DNA from: Pseudomonadota bacterium | GTDB lineage: Bacteria; Bdellovibrionota_B; Oligoflexia; Oligoflexales; CAIYRB01 | Direction of reading: 5' to 3' | Assembly (NCBI GenBank): GCA_031416315.1 | Contig: JANOTL010000202.1 | Location: 1 to 64,000, forward strand | DNA length: 64,000 nt | In this document: one piece after another, positions 8,955-16,688 of the stretch | How the letters are laid out: every line of letters starts with the position of its first letter | How positions within the stretch are numbered: position 1 is the first letter of the stretch | The notes under the pieces: generated by a model | What the model was told of the DNA's origin: nothing | Database searches by the model: none | What the model saw: only the letters and a program-made list of their open reading frames with translations | Position numbers and translations under genes: made by a program

Positions 8955-10805
8955 TCAACGAAGGGGAACGATCTCGAAGAGGTTTCTGAGGAACTTCTGC
9001 TGCGCCGCGCGGGCGAAGTCGGCCGCTTCCATGTACGGCGTCCTGGTCATGTACACGACCTCGAGCAGGTTCGGGTTCTTGAACTCGCCGCACCATTTGA
9101 CGTCGTACGAGGTGCCTTCGTAGTTGCCGTTGGCGGCCGCGTAGTCGGCTTGGTAGTCGTGCGTGTAGCACTCGTACAGAGGCAGGTTCAGGTCTTCTTT
9201 CGCGATGAAGAACGCGCCGACCCACCACTTGTCGTTCGAGCTCGGCAGGCCAGGGCCTTGTCCCGCGATCGAGGCGACGCACATCAGGAACTCGGCTTTG
9301 ACGTTCTCGCCCCAGAAGCCGCGGTCGAGGAAGCGGATGGCTGGCGTCTTCTGGATCGTGCCGCGGCGGTTCATGCAGAGCTGCTCGAAGCGCGAGCGGC
9401 TCGCCATGAATTCGTAGTCGAGGTCGAAGACGTTCAGCATGATGCGGTCATGGTGGGTCGGGGTCACTTCGTCCGGGTCCGTCGCGATCTCGAGGTGGTT
9501 GTTGGCGAGACGGAACTCGCTGAGCCACTTGTAGAGGTCGCGAGTCGGAGTCGTGTTGCAGTAGTCGAAGTACTTGCCGGACGGGCTCGGCGCCGTGATG
9601 CGGCGGTCCCATTCGTGGTCGCAGCGATAGTTGCCGAGGTAGTACGGATCGGACTCAGGAAGGATGCGGTAGTAGTTGAGCTGACCGTTGTAGGTCTTGG
9701 TCGTCGCGTACTCGGTGACGTGCATGCCTTCGGGGACCAGGTACTCGTAGAAGCTGCCGAGCTGGAAGGACTTCACGATCGGCTGCGTCGGGCCGCCGTC
9801 GGCCGAGCAGGTGTCGATGCAGAAGGTCAGCATCGACTGCCCCAGGGCCGCGCCGTTGTTGCCCAGGGCCTGGATCTTCAGGGTGTGGCTACCGGAGCTC
9901 ATGCGCTGGCGCTCGACGCGGATCGAGCCTTGCGTTTGACCCGTCGGGCAGTCGGCCATGGTGCCGTCGTCGATCGAGCACATGATGCGCGCGCCTTCGA
10001 GGCCCGAGCGGTCAAGGATCAGGTCGATGTCGGTGCGCTTCTTATCTTCGAGCTTCTCCTCGCCGTCGAGGGGGAGCTTGGCGCTCTCGACTTTGAAGCT
10101 CAGGCTCGTCTCGCGCGCCAGGGCGCCGTTGTCGCGATGGACGCCGCGGACGGTGAGCGAGTAGCTCTGGCCGTCGATCAGTTGGTCGAAGGCGTAGCTC
10201 TTCGTGTCGGTATCGTTGCACCGACGGAAGTCTTGCTCCTTCTCGCGCTTGCACTCGAAGCGGATCTTGTCGGCCGGGACCTCGCCGCCGGAGACGCCGA
10301 GCTCGAGCTTCAAGCTCGACTTGGCGTAGGTCGCGCCGACTTCGTCGCGGTTCAGGATCTCGGTGGCCAGATTCAGCTCGGGGACGACCGGGGCCGGGGC
10401 AGGGCCGGAGCCGGAGCCGTTATCCTCGCCGTCCTCGGGGCCGGAGAAGCTATAGATGAAAGGAGTCGCGTCCTCGTTGCCCGCGGCGCTGACGGCCTTG
10501 GCTCGGAAGACGTATCTGACGCCGGGCTCGGACTCGATCGTGACGCCTTCGGCCGGGCACTCGGCCCAAGCTTGAACTTGGCCGTTGACCTCGGTCTGGC
10601 ACTGGTACTTCGCGCCTTCGACGTTCGACTGCAGGCTGATCTTCACCGTGCCGCCGTTCGACATCGCGAACGCGGAGGTTTCCACGTTCTCGACCTTTTT
10701 CTTGGGCGAGCCCGAATCGTTGCTCTTCTTCTTGGCGCAACCGGCACCGGCGAGCGCGACGGCGCTGGCGGCGAGCAGCATGCCATAGAACTGAGGCGTT
10801 TTCAT
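8955..10805 (-). CDS. Lipoprotein with about three Cys-paired Ig/FN3-like repeats and an unknown C-terminal domain
   Basis: Lipobox GAGC; repeats YQC...WAECP, FEC...FRRC, MCSIDDG...DCP; RBS AGGAG. Confidence 0.7.
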   Translation of the reverse strand: MKTPQFYGMLLAASAVALAGAGCAKKKSNDSGSPKKKVENVETSAFAMSNGGTVKISLQSNVEGAKYQCQTEVNGQVQAWAECPAEGVTIESEPGVRYVFRAKAVSAAGNEDATPFIYSFSGPEDGEDNGSGSGPAPAPVVPELNLATEILNRDEVGATYAKSSLKLELGVSGGEVPADKIRFECKREKEQDFRRCNDTDTKSYAFDQLIDGQSYSLTVRGVHRDNGALARETSLSFKVESAKLPLDGEEKLEDKKRTDIDLILDRSGLEGARIMCSIDDGTMADCPTGQTQGSIRVERQRMSSGSHTLKIQALGNNGAALGQSMLTFCIDTCSADGGPTQPIVKSFQLGSFYEYLVPEGMHVTEYATTKTYNGQLNYYRILPESDPYYLGNYRCDHEWDRRITAPSPSGKYFDYCNTTPTRDLYKWLSEFRLANNHLEIATDPDEVTPTHHDRIMLNVFDLDYEFMASRSRFEQLCMNRRGTIQKTPAIRFLDRGFWGENVKAEFLMCVASIAGQGPGLPSSNDKWWVGAFFIAKEDLNLPLYECYTHDYQADYAAANGNYEGTSYDVKWCGEFKNPNLLEVVYMTRTPYMEAADFARAAQQKFLRNLFEIVPLR

Positions 10806-10866
10806 GAGTTCTCCTCGTCTTGCGTATGGTTCGTTACGCAGTTTTTATGGTGACGGGAGATTTCTA

Positions 10867-10900
10867 TTACAACTGCGCCATAATGTCAACGCAGTTGTAA
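10867..10900 (-). promoter_or_regulatory. Perfect 11-bp inverted repeat overlapping a TTGACA -35 box
   Basis: TTACAACTGCG-N12-CGCAGTTGTAA in an AT-rich tract; minus strand reads TTGACA-N17-TAGAAA. Confidence 0.6.
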
Positions 10901-10927
10901 AAGATTTTATAAATTGTATTGTAATTG

Positions 10928-11650
10928 CTAGGGAATGTAATGAAGTGGCGTGTCAGGGCCTTCGTCCGCAGGGGCCCAGAGGGCCTGGTCCTTGAGGATC
11001 CTATTGGCAATCCTTTCGTAGCCTTGGGATGAGGGATGCAGGCAGTCGGAGAAGTCTTTGACGTCCTTCCCCATCTCCTCGAGGTCATACGTCGTGAGGG
11101 CGATGTCGCCGCGCTCGGCGGCCACCTCGAGGATCTCCGCGTTCAACCGCATGCGGTGCAGGTTGTAGAACTCCCAGACCTTGGCGTCGTATTGAGGACA
11201 GGCCTCGAGCGAGGTCGGCCAATAGGTGAGAAAGACGGCGCGCTTGCCGCGGTCGTGGATCGCCTGGCTGATCGACCGCAGGTGCTCCCCGATCGACTGG
11301 TACTTCTCGTCGACGACGGCCGGGTCGCAGATGCGGTTGCACCAGGAGCTGCGGAAGGCCTTGATCCAGTCGTTGCCGCCGTGGAGCACCATGACGACGG
11401 ATGCGTTCGGCGCCGAGCGCAGGGCCACGTCAATGCGGCCAGCCGCGCCGTCGGCGCGCTCGCCGGGAACCGCCAGGTTGGTGAAGGTGTAGCCGGTCTT
11501 CTGGGAGACCTTGCGAACCCACCCGCCGAGCGGGAAATCGCCGTAGCCCCAACTGACGCTGTCTCCGTACACTGCAATGGAGGCCGTAGGCTGCACGTTA
11601 CAGCTAGAAAGCGTGAAAGGCGCGAGGGCTGCTATGATGAGGTGCTTCAT
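10928..11650 (-). CDS. SGNH/GDSL hydrolase lipoprotein
   Basis: LSSC lipobox after MKHLII start; GDS, GGND, DCLHP blocks. Confidence 0.88.
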   Translation of the reverse strand: MKHLIIAALAPFTLSSCNVQPTASIAVYGDSVSWGYGDFPLGGWVRKVSQKTGYTFTNLAVPGERADGAAGRIDVALRSAPNASVVMVLHGGNDWIKAFRSSWCNRICDPAVVDEKYQSIGEHLRSISQAIHDRGKRAVFLTYWPTSLEACPQYDAKVWEFYNLHRMRLNAEILEVAAERGDIALTTYDLEEMGKDVKDFSDCLHPSSQGYERIANRILKDQALWAPADEGPDTPLHYIP

Positions 11651-11671
11651 CCGATCAGTATAGGTGGTCAC

Positions 11672-12238
11672 GTGCGAGGTCCGCAAAAGCTCGCCCTCGC
11701 GTCGTTGCTCTTGAGCTCGGCTGCGGCTTCGGCCGGATTCGACGCGAACGAGCGCAGTATCAACGGCACAGGCGAGACCTTGGCACAAGGCCGCTACGAG
11801 GTGGGCATCGGGTCCGTGGCCTACGGGGTCACCAATCAGACCATGGTGCGGGTTCCTACCTTATCGATCCTGGTTGGAGCAGCTCGTCTCGAGGCACGAC
11901 ACAAGGTGGAGCTCGGGGCCTCGGCACGGGCCACGCCCTACGTCGGGGCGGAGACACCGCGGCACGGTGTCGCCGGTGTGGACTTCGGTCTCGATTTGGG
12001 GACGGGGCGCGAACACTCCCTGACGGTCGGAGCCGGCGCCAAGATCGGCCCGCACGGGGGCGGCGACGTGTCCGCGGAGTACGATTTCTATCATCGGGGC
12101 AACGTGGTGTACGCCGGCGTTGTCGGGCGGGTGGGATACCTAGGCTATACCTGGGCTTGGGAATCCTTCCATGTGGGGCTCATCACCAGTCCGGCCTCCG
12201 GGTTCTTGCCGTTTCCTTATGTGGCCTGGCGCCTTTAG
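11672..12238 (+). CDS. Hypothetical small outer-membrane protein
   Basis: GTG start, signal peptide LALASLLLSSAAASA, Gly/aromatic beta-strand pattern. Confidence 0.6.
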   Translation: MRGPQKLALASLLLSSAAASAGFDANERSINGTGETLAQGRYEVGIGSVAYGVTNQTMVRVPTLSILVGAARLEARHKVELGASARATPYVGAETPRHGVAGVDFGLDLGTGREHSLTVGAGAKIGPHGGGDVSAEYDFYHRGNVVYAGVVGRVGYLGYTWAWESFHVGLITSPASGFLPFPYVAWRL

Positions 12239-12241
12239 AAA

Positions 12242-12257
12242 CGGCCCACTCCTTGCT
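12242..12257 (+). promoter_or_regulatory. Putative sigma54 promoter of paralog A
   Basis: CGGCCCACTCCTTGCT (GG-N10-GC with TTGC). Confidence 0.5.
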
Positions 12258-12314
12258 CTAGCGTGCGGGACGCACACGGACGTCTTTCACGTCTTTTTGG
12301 AAGGGGAACGGATC

Positions 12315-12740
12315 ATGAAGAAACTTGCCATGCTGATCGTGTCGGTTGGTGCCTTGGTCGCCTGCCAAACGCAGTCTAACCCTGAGGCCACGAAAGAACT
12401 AAACACGCACGGAATGCCGTCGTCGACCGGCGACTCGGCCGAGCCGATGGTCGATCCGGACGACGCCTCGGCCGCCGACGCGCTCGCGGCGCGGAATGCG
12501 ACCGAGGGCCGGGTCGAGGACGACCTCAATGTCGAGACCTCCGCGATTCCAGAAGGCAGCGCGGTCGACTCAGCCTCCACGGACCTCGAGGATGCGGACG
12601 CCGATCGGAGTCTCGCAGCGGAGACGGGATGTGGCCTCTTCGTGATCTCGACCAGCCCAGGCGCCGTCGGCGACCCGTGCATGACCCAGGAGATGGTGAA
12701 CGCTGGTTACGCCAACTCCACGGAAGGATTGGCGCACTGA
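12315..12740 (+). CDS. Acidic lipoprotein with GAVGDPCMTQE C-terminal motif (paralog A)
   Basis: LVAC lipobox; tail CGLFVISTSPGAVGDPCMTQEMVNA...LAH shared with the next two genes. Confidence 0.85.
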   Translation: MKKLAMLIVSVGALVACQTQSNPEATKELNTHGMPSSTGDSAEPMVDPDDASAADALAARNATEGRVEDDLNVETSAIPEGSAVDSASTDLEDADADRSLAAETGCGLFVISTSPGAVGDPCMTQEMVNAGYANSTEGLAH

Positions 12741-12815
12741 GGCATCAGGCCAGTTCCGATCGCTATCTCGTACGAGTTTTGCTACGAGGCGGCAGCAAAC
12801 CGCTTGTAGGAGCTC

Positions 12816-13154
12816 ATGTCCATGAAAGCCCTCGTCCTCTTGTTCGCAGCCTCTTTGTCCGGAGCCGCGGTCGCGGCCCAGCCGATCAACAACCAGACCG
12901 CGCTCGAGTCGACCCCGTCGGCGACCCCGGTCAACAACCAGACGGCCGGCTACGGCACGTCGGCCTCGGACACTGCCGAAGATGCTCCGGAAGCAATAGA
13001 CGCCGTCGCTTCGACGGAAGACGCCGCGGACCTCGCGGTCAACGACCGCAAGGCGCTCCCGTGCGGCCTCTTCCTCGTTTCGATCAGTGCCGGCGCCGTC
13101 GGTGACCCGTGCATGACGCAAGAAGTCGTCAACGCTGAGCAGCTCGCACACTGA
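12816..13154 (+). CDS. Acidic secreted protein with GAVGDPCMTQE motif (paralog B)
   Basis: SPI-type signal peptide (AVAA); two P(I/V)NNQT repeats; CGLFLVSISAGAVGDPCMTQEVVNAEQLAH. Confidence 0.85.
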   Translation: MSMKALVLLFAASLSGAAVAAQPINNQTALESTPSATPVNNQTAGYGTSASDTAEDAPEAIDAVASTEDAADLAVNDRKALPCGLFLVSISAGAVGDPCMTQEVVNAEQLAH

Positions 13155-13172
13155 GTGACTTCGAAGGTCCAG

Positions 13173-13208
13173 AGCCCGCCCGTGCCACCCAGGTGGCGCC
13201 GGCGGGCT
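13173..13208 (+). terminator. Hairpin terminator after paralog B
   Basis: AGCCCGCC...GGCGGGCT with inner stem, followed by TCCCATTTT. Confidence 0.6.
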
Positions 13209-13216
13209 TCCCATTT

Positions 13217-13232
13217 TGGACTGCATCTTGCT
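13217..13232 (+). promoter_or_regulatory. Putative sigma54 promoter of paralog C
   Basis: TGGACTGCATCTTGCT (GG-N10-GC with TTGC). Confidence 0.5.
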
Positions 13233-13286
13233 TTGACGATCGTGGATAAAACCTCAAGCCCACGATTCGACGAAGGAGAACGGAAG

Positions 13287-13757
13287 ATGAAAGCAGCGAG
13301 CTTCATGCTGGTATTCGGCGCACTCACCGCTTGTCAGTCGCATAGCGACTCCAGCGTCGTCACCGAGCCGATGAACGAAGAGGCGATGGCGAGCGAAGAC
13401 ACCCGGACCAGCGTGTCCTTTAAGAACCCGACAGACCTCGCGGCGGCGCCCTCGGCCGTGCCAGTAAACAACCAAACTCCGTACTATCAGGCCGACGACG
13501 TGGCCGACGTCGATGTGAGCGGCGACGTCTCTGAAGGTCAAGTCGACGTCGACGTCACGACCGACGACGGCATCACGACCGAGGTCTTTTCGGCCGACGC
13601 GGATCTTCCGGCCGTCACGTCCACCAACATCGGCACCGAGACGTCCTGCGGCCGTACCGTCATCGCGACGAGCCCCGGCGCGGTGGGCGATCCTTGCATG
13701 ACGCAGGAGATGGTGGATGCGGGCGCTTTGGGTCGTGATGAATCGATCGCTCACTGA
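13287..13757 (+). CDS. Acidic lipoprotein with GAVGDPCMTQE motif (paralog C)
   Basis: RBS AAGGAG; LTAC lipobox; PVNNQT; CGRTVIATSPGAVGDPCMTQEMVDA...IAH. Confidence 0.85.
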   Translation: MKAASFMLVFGALTACQSHSDSSVVTEPMNEEAMASEDTRTSVSFKNPTDLAAAPSAVPVNNQTPYYQADDVADVDVSGDVSEGQVDVDVTTDDGITTEVFSADADLPAVTSTNIGTETSCGRTVIATSPGAVGDPCMTQEMVDAGALGRDESIAH

Positions 13758-13854
13758 GTCTGCGGACTGATTCGACCAGAAATTTGAAGCCCTGCTTGCG
13801 AACGATCGCAAGCAGAGCTTCAGGCGCCTCGTATTCTGAGCGCGCGGTGTCGTG

Positions 13855-14280
13855 TCAGCTGATCAGTCCCATGGTCGCAAGCGAGGAAAGCGGCAACACG
13901 AAGCGCCAGCTCGTACCAGAGCCCGGTGAGGACTCGAGGTCGATGCGACCTCCCAGCTTGTCGACCGCCTCCTTGACGGCGCTGGTACCGACGCCCCGAC
14001 CCGAAAGCTCCGTGACCGTGCTGCGCGTCGAAATTCCGTCGGTCAGCAAGGCGGTGACCAAGTCGGAACGCGTCTCGTGCGGCAGGCCCGCGGCGCGTGC
14101 CCTGGCGGCGATGCGCGTGAAATCGATCCCGCGGCCGTCGTCCTTGATTTGAATCCAGAAAGAATCTTCGTCTTTGCCGGCTTCCAGGCTCAAGTTGCCG
14201 ACGGCGGACTTGCCGGCTTGGATCCGGTCGTCTTCCGTCTCCAGGCCGTGATCGAGGGCGTTCCGTACGATATGGATCAT
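13855..14280 (-). pseudogene. Isolated CheA P4 (HATPase) domain; probable truncated gene
   Basis: HIVRNALDHG, DDGRG, SGRGVG motifs; no Hpt or dimerisation domain upstream and no CheW domain downstream. Confidence 0.7.
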
Positions 14281-14460
14281 GCTTCCGCCGTCAGGACGCT
14301 CGTGATCGAGTACGCCGCGACCATACTTCAGCGCTCGCGTTACGAAAAGCCGCAGTGACGCGACGGTCCAGATTTGGTGATCCGGCGACGCGAGGTCGAA
14401 AGAGAGCACGAGATGCTCCGGCCAGCTCGCGCTGAGGAGCCGCCACGTCGTCAGTTGCAT

Positions 14461-14934
14461 TCAACCGCCCAAGCCCTCGAGATACTCGTCGGCCTCGACT
14501 TCGGCCACCGCCGCGTTTTTGCCGCAGCTCTCGCATTTTTTCGCCGGGAAGCCCGATTTCTTCAGGTCCTTGGCGACCGGGAAGAGTTGCTCCGAGGCAT
14601 AGCCGCAATCGTCACAGCAATAGGGTACTAGTACCGACGCGACGCGTGCGCCTCGCATGAGCTCGGGACACATCGTCGCGTAGTCGACGAGGTAGACGGA
14701 GCAGCGCTCGAGGCTCACCTTCGAGGGCGTCTCGAGGCCTTGGAGAAAGCCGCTCCAAAGGCCGACGCCGATGGAGTTGATCGAGGAGATGCGCGCGCAA
14801 TTCAGGCTGACGTCGCCCTCGGCGGCGACCAGTGCCTTCAGCGCGGTCAAGGCCGGGCCGCAGGCCTCGTCGAGCGAGCCGACGAGGTCGATCTTTCCAG
14901 GGCCCACTTTTTCTACCGTCAAGCGCCGCGCCAT
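14461..14934 (-). CDS. STAS-like protein with C-terminal Zn-ribbon (CxxC...CxxC)
   Basis: GSLDE...ISSINSIGV...LERCS; PYCCDDC and CESCG. Confidence 0.75.
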   Translation of the reverse strand: MARRLTVEKVGPGKIDLVGSLDEACGPALTALKALVAAEGDVSLNCARISSINSIGVGLWSGFLQGLETPSKVSLERCSVYLVDYATMCPELMRGARVASVLVPYCCDDCGYASEQLFPVAKDLKKSGFPAKKCESCGKNAAVAEVEADEYLEGLGG

Positions 14935-15098
14935 AAAACCACCCTCTCTTTGGAGAAGTGATCGTACCTCACGGCTTGTTGGCGGCCCAGCTCACGTCCT
15001 CGACGACGACCGGCGCGGGGCAAAGTTCGAAAACGCCGGTGGTTTTCGAGGCTTGTAGGAGCGCCTGCGGACGATGACCTTTTAGAATTCATACATAC

Positions 15099-15129
15099 TT
15101 GACATAGTAATCATAGTAATCTATAGAAT
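15099..15129 (+). promoter_or_regulatory. Sigma70-like promoter with a 9-bp direct repeat in the spacer
   Basis: TTGACA-N17-TATAGA (TAGAAT at N19); CATAGTAAT x2. Confidence 0.6.
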
Positions 15130-15187
15130 ACCTTGGAATCTTGCTGCTGTTGTCGTTGATTTACCTGTCGTTGTTGTGGAGTAAGTC

Positions 15188-16447
15188 ATGTCGCGAATCC
15201 TGCGCACCTTGGGCGTTGCCGCGCTCGCCGCTTTCGCGGGCGGCGAGCTCGCCCTTGCGAAAACCGAAGCGTATTTTGCCCGTGAAACAAGCCTCACCGA
15301 AGTCGCGAAAGCGGAGCTCGGGACGGCGCGGCACCGCGTCGACGCGGCGCTCCCCGATTTGAGCGACGAGCCGTTCGTCGATCAGCTCGTCGCGCTCGCC
15401 GACCGGAAGATTGCCGTGCGCGTCCTCGTCTCTTCGACGGGCGACGCGAAATGCAAAGCCTGCGACCGGCTCGAGCTGCACGGCGCCGACGTGCGCATCA
15501 CCGAGACCCGCATGCTGCACCGCTTCGCCGTAGTGGACGGCCCGCGCGGCAAGCAGGCCTCGGGCGTCCTCGCCAAGGTCTTGCTGCTCAATGGCTCCCT
15601 GGCACGCGGCGGCCGCGATGCCAGCCTCGTCGCCGCTGAGCGCGACGGCGACGTCGCCCTCGCCTTCCAGGATCAGTTCAACTTTCTCTGGGGCATCGGC
15701 CGCGACCACGACGACAAGGCGAAGGCCGGCAAGAGCATCGCCGTGCACGCCCCTGCAGCAGCGCCGGCGTTGTTCAGCTCCGCCAACATGGTCCCCTTGG
15801 AGCTGGAGGGCGGTTGGCTCCTCAGCCCGATGATGGATCTGAAGAGCGGCGCGTTCGCCGCCTATCTCTCCAGCGCGATCGACCACGCTTACGAGCAGGT
15901 CCTCGTCGCCTCGCCTTCGCTCAAGAGCCTGGAAGTGTATCAAGCGCTGACGCGCGCGCTCGAGCGCGGCGTGATGGTGCGCGTCTTGGTCGACGGCAAG
16001 GAAATGCCGCGCGGCAAAGGCGTGCTACCGAACTGCCTTACGCTGGCGCGCAGTGATCTGCGCTCGATGGACGAATGCCTGGCGAGCCTCGGCGCCGACG
16101 TGCGCTACGCCCGGGGCAATGGCCGCGGCGTGACGACCGCGTTCGTCGCCATCGACGGGCGCACGGTGCATACTGGCAACTTCCGCTTGTCGCGGGTCTC
16201 TGAGCTGAAGGCGCTTGGCAGCGTGTTGACGCTGAAAGGCGAGTCGGCGAAGAGCTTCGTGCGGCATTTCGAGAAGAGCTTTGCGATGGGCACGGCTTTG
16301 CCGCGGAAGAAGCAGGTGAAGCCTTTGGCGGCGGCGGCGAGCGTGCCGAGCGAGCTGAAAGGCTGCGTCGGCATCCGACCGGCGTCGCTGAGCTTTGCAG
16401 AGATGCGGAAGTGGCGGGCGATTTATCAGCGGGGGATGTGTGAGTAG
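15188..16447 (+). CDS. Secreted two-domain phospholipase D-fold protein with degenerate HKD motifs
   Basis: RGVMVRVLVD, GADVR repeats; MLHRFAVVDG and VTTAFVAIDG...TGNFRLS at the HKD positions. Confidence 0.75.
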   Translation: MSRILRTLGVAALAAFAGGELALAKTEAYFARETSLTEVAKAELGTARHRVDAALPDLSDEPFVDQLVALADRKIAVRVLVSSTGDAKCKACDRLELHGADVRITETRMLHRFAVVDGPRGKQASGVLAKVLLLNGSLARGGRDASLVAAERDGDVALAFQDQFNFLWGIGRDHDDKAKAGKSIAVHAPAAAPALFSSANMVPLELEGGWLLSPMMDLKSGAFAAYLSSAIDHAYEQVLVASPSLKSLEVYQALTRALERGVMVRVLVDGKEMPRGKGVLPNCLTLARSDLRSMDECLASLGADVRYARGNGRGVTTAFVAIDGRTVHTGNFRLSRVSELKALGSVLTLKGESAKSFVRHFEKSFAMGTALPRKKQVKPLAAAASVPSELKGCVGIRPASLSFAEMRKWRAIYQRGMCE

Positions 16448-16461
16448 TCCGTAAATCCCTC

Positions 16462-16629
16462 GTCGACGTCGACGTAGACCTGTGCTTCTGCGTACCGCTT
16501 ATGCGTGATCGTGATCTCTCACGTGAGGCTTAGCCCGTTTTCGCTCACGTCGGCGTCAACGGGCTAGGCCTCACGTGAGAGATCACGATCACGCACAAGT
16601 GATACGCACAGGTCGAAGTCGAAGTCGAC
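16462..16629. repeat. Long inverted-repeat (MITE/REP-like) element
   Basis: Arms 16490-16539 and 16558-16607, 46/50 complementary, with further outer pairing. Confidence 0.85.
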
Positions 16630-16640
16630 TTTGACGAAAG

Positions 16641-16666
16641 AGGGGCCCCCCGAGCGGGCCCCTTTT
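16641..16666. terminator. Intrinsic terminator
   Basis: AGGGGCCC-cccgagc-GGGCCCCT followed by T tract. Confidence 0.75.
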
Positions 16667-16688
16667 CTTCGTCGATCATCGCGATGAC

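Noticed and set aside
9150..10853. 567-aa antisense ORF
   Set aside because: Shadow of the lipoprotein gene
12315..13757. RiPP biosynthetic cluster
   Set aside because: The proteins carry Sec/lipoprotein signals and no radical SAM, YcaO, Lan or peptidase-transporter gene is adjacent; kept only as an unknown motif family
16462..16629. 6S RNA or SRP RNA
   Set aside because: The stem is nearly perfect, with no central bubble and no recognisable SRP loop; Rfam not run
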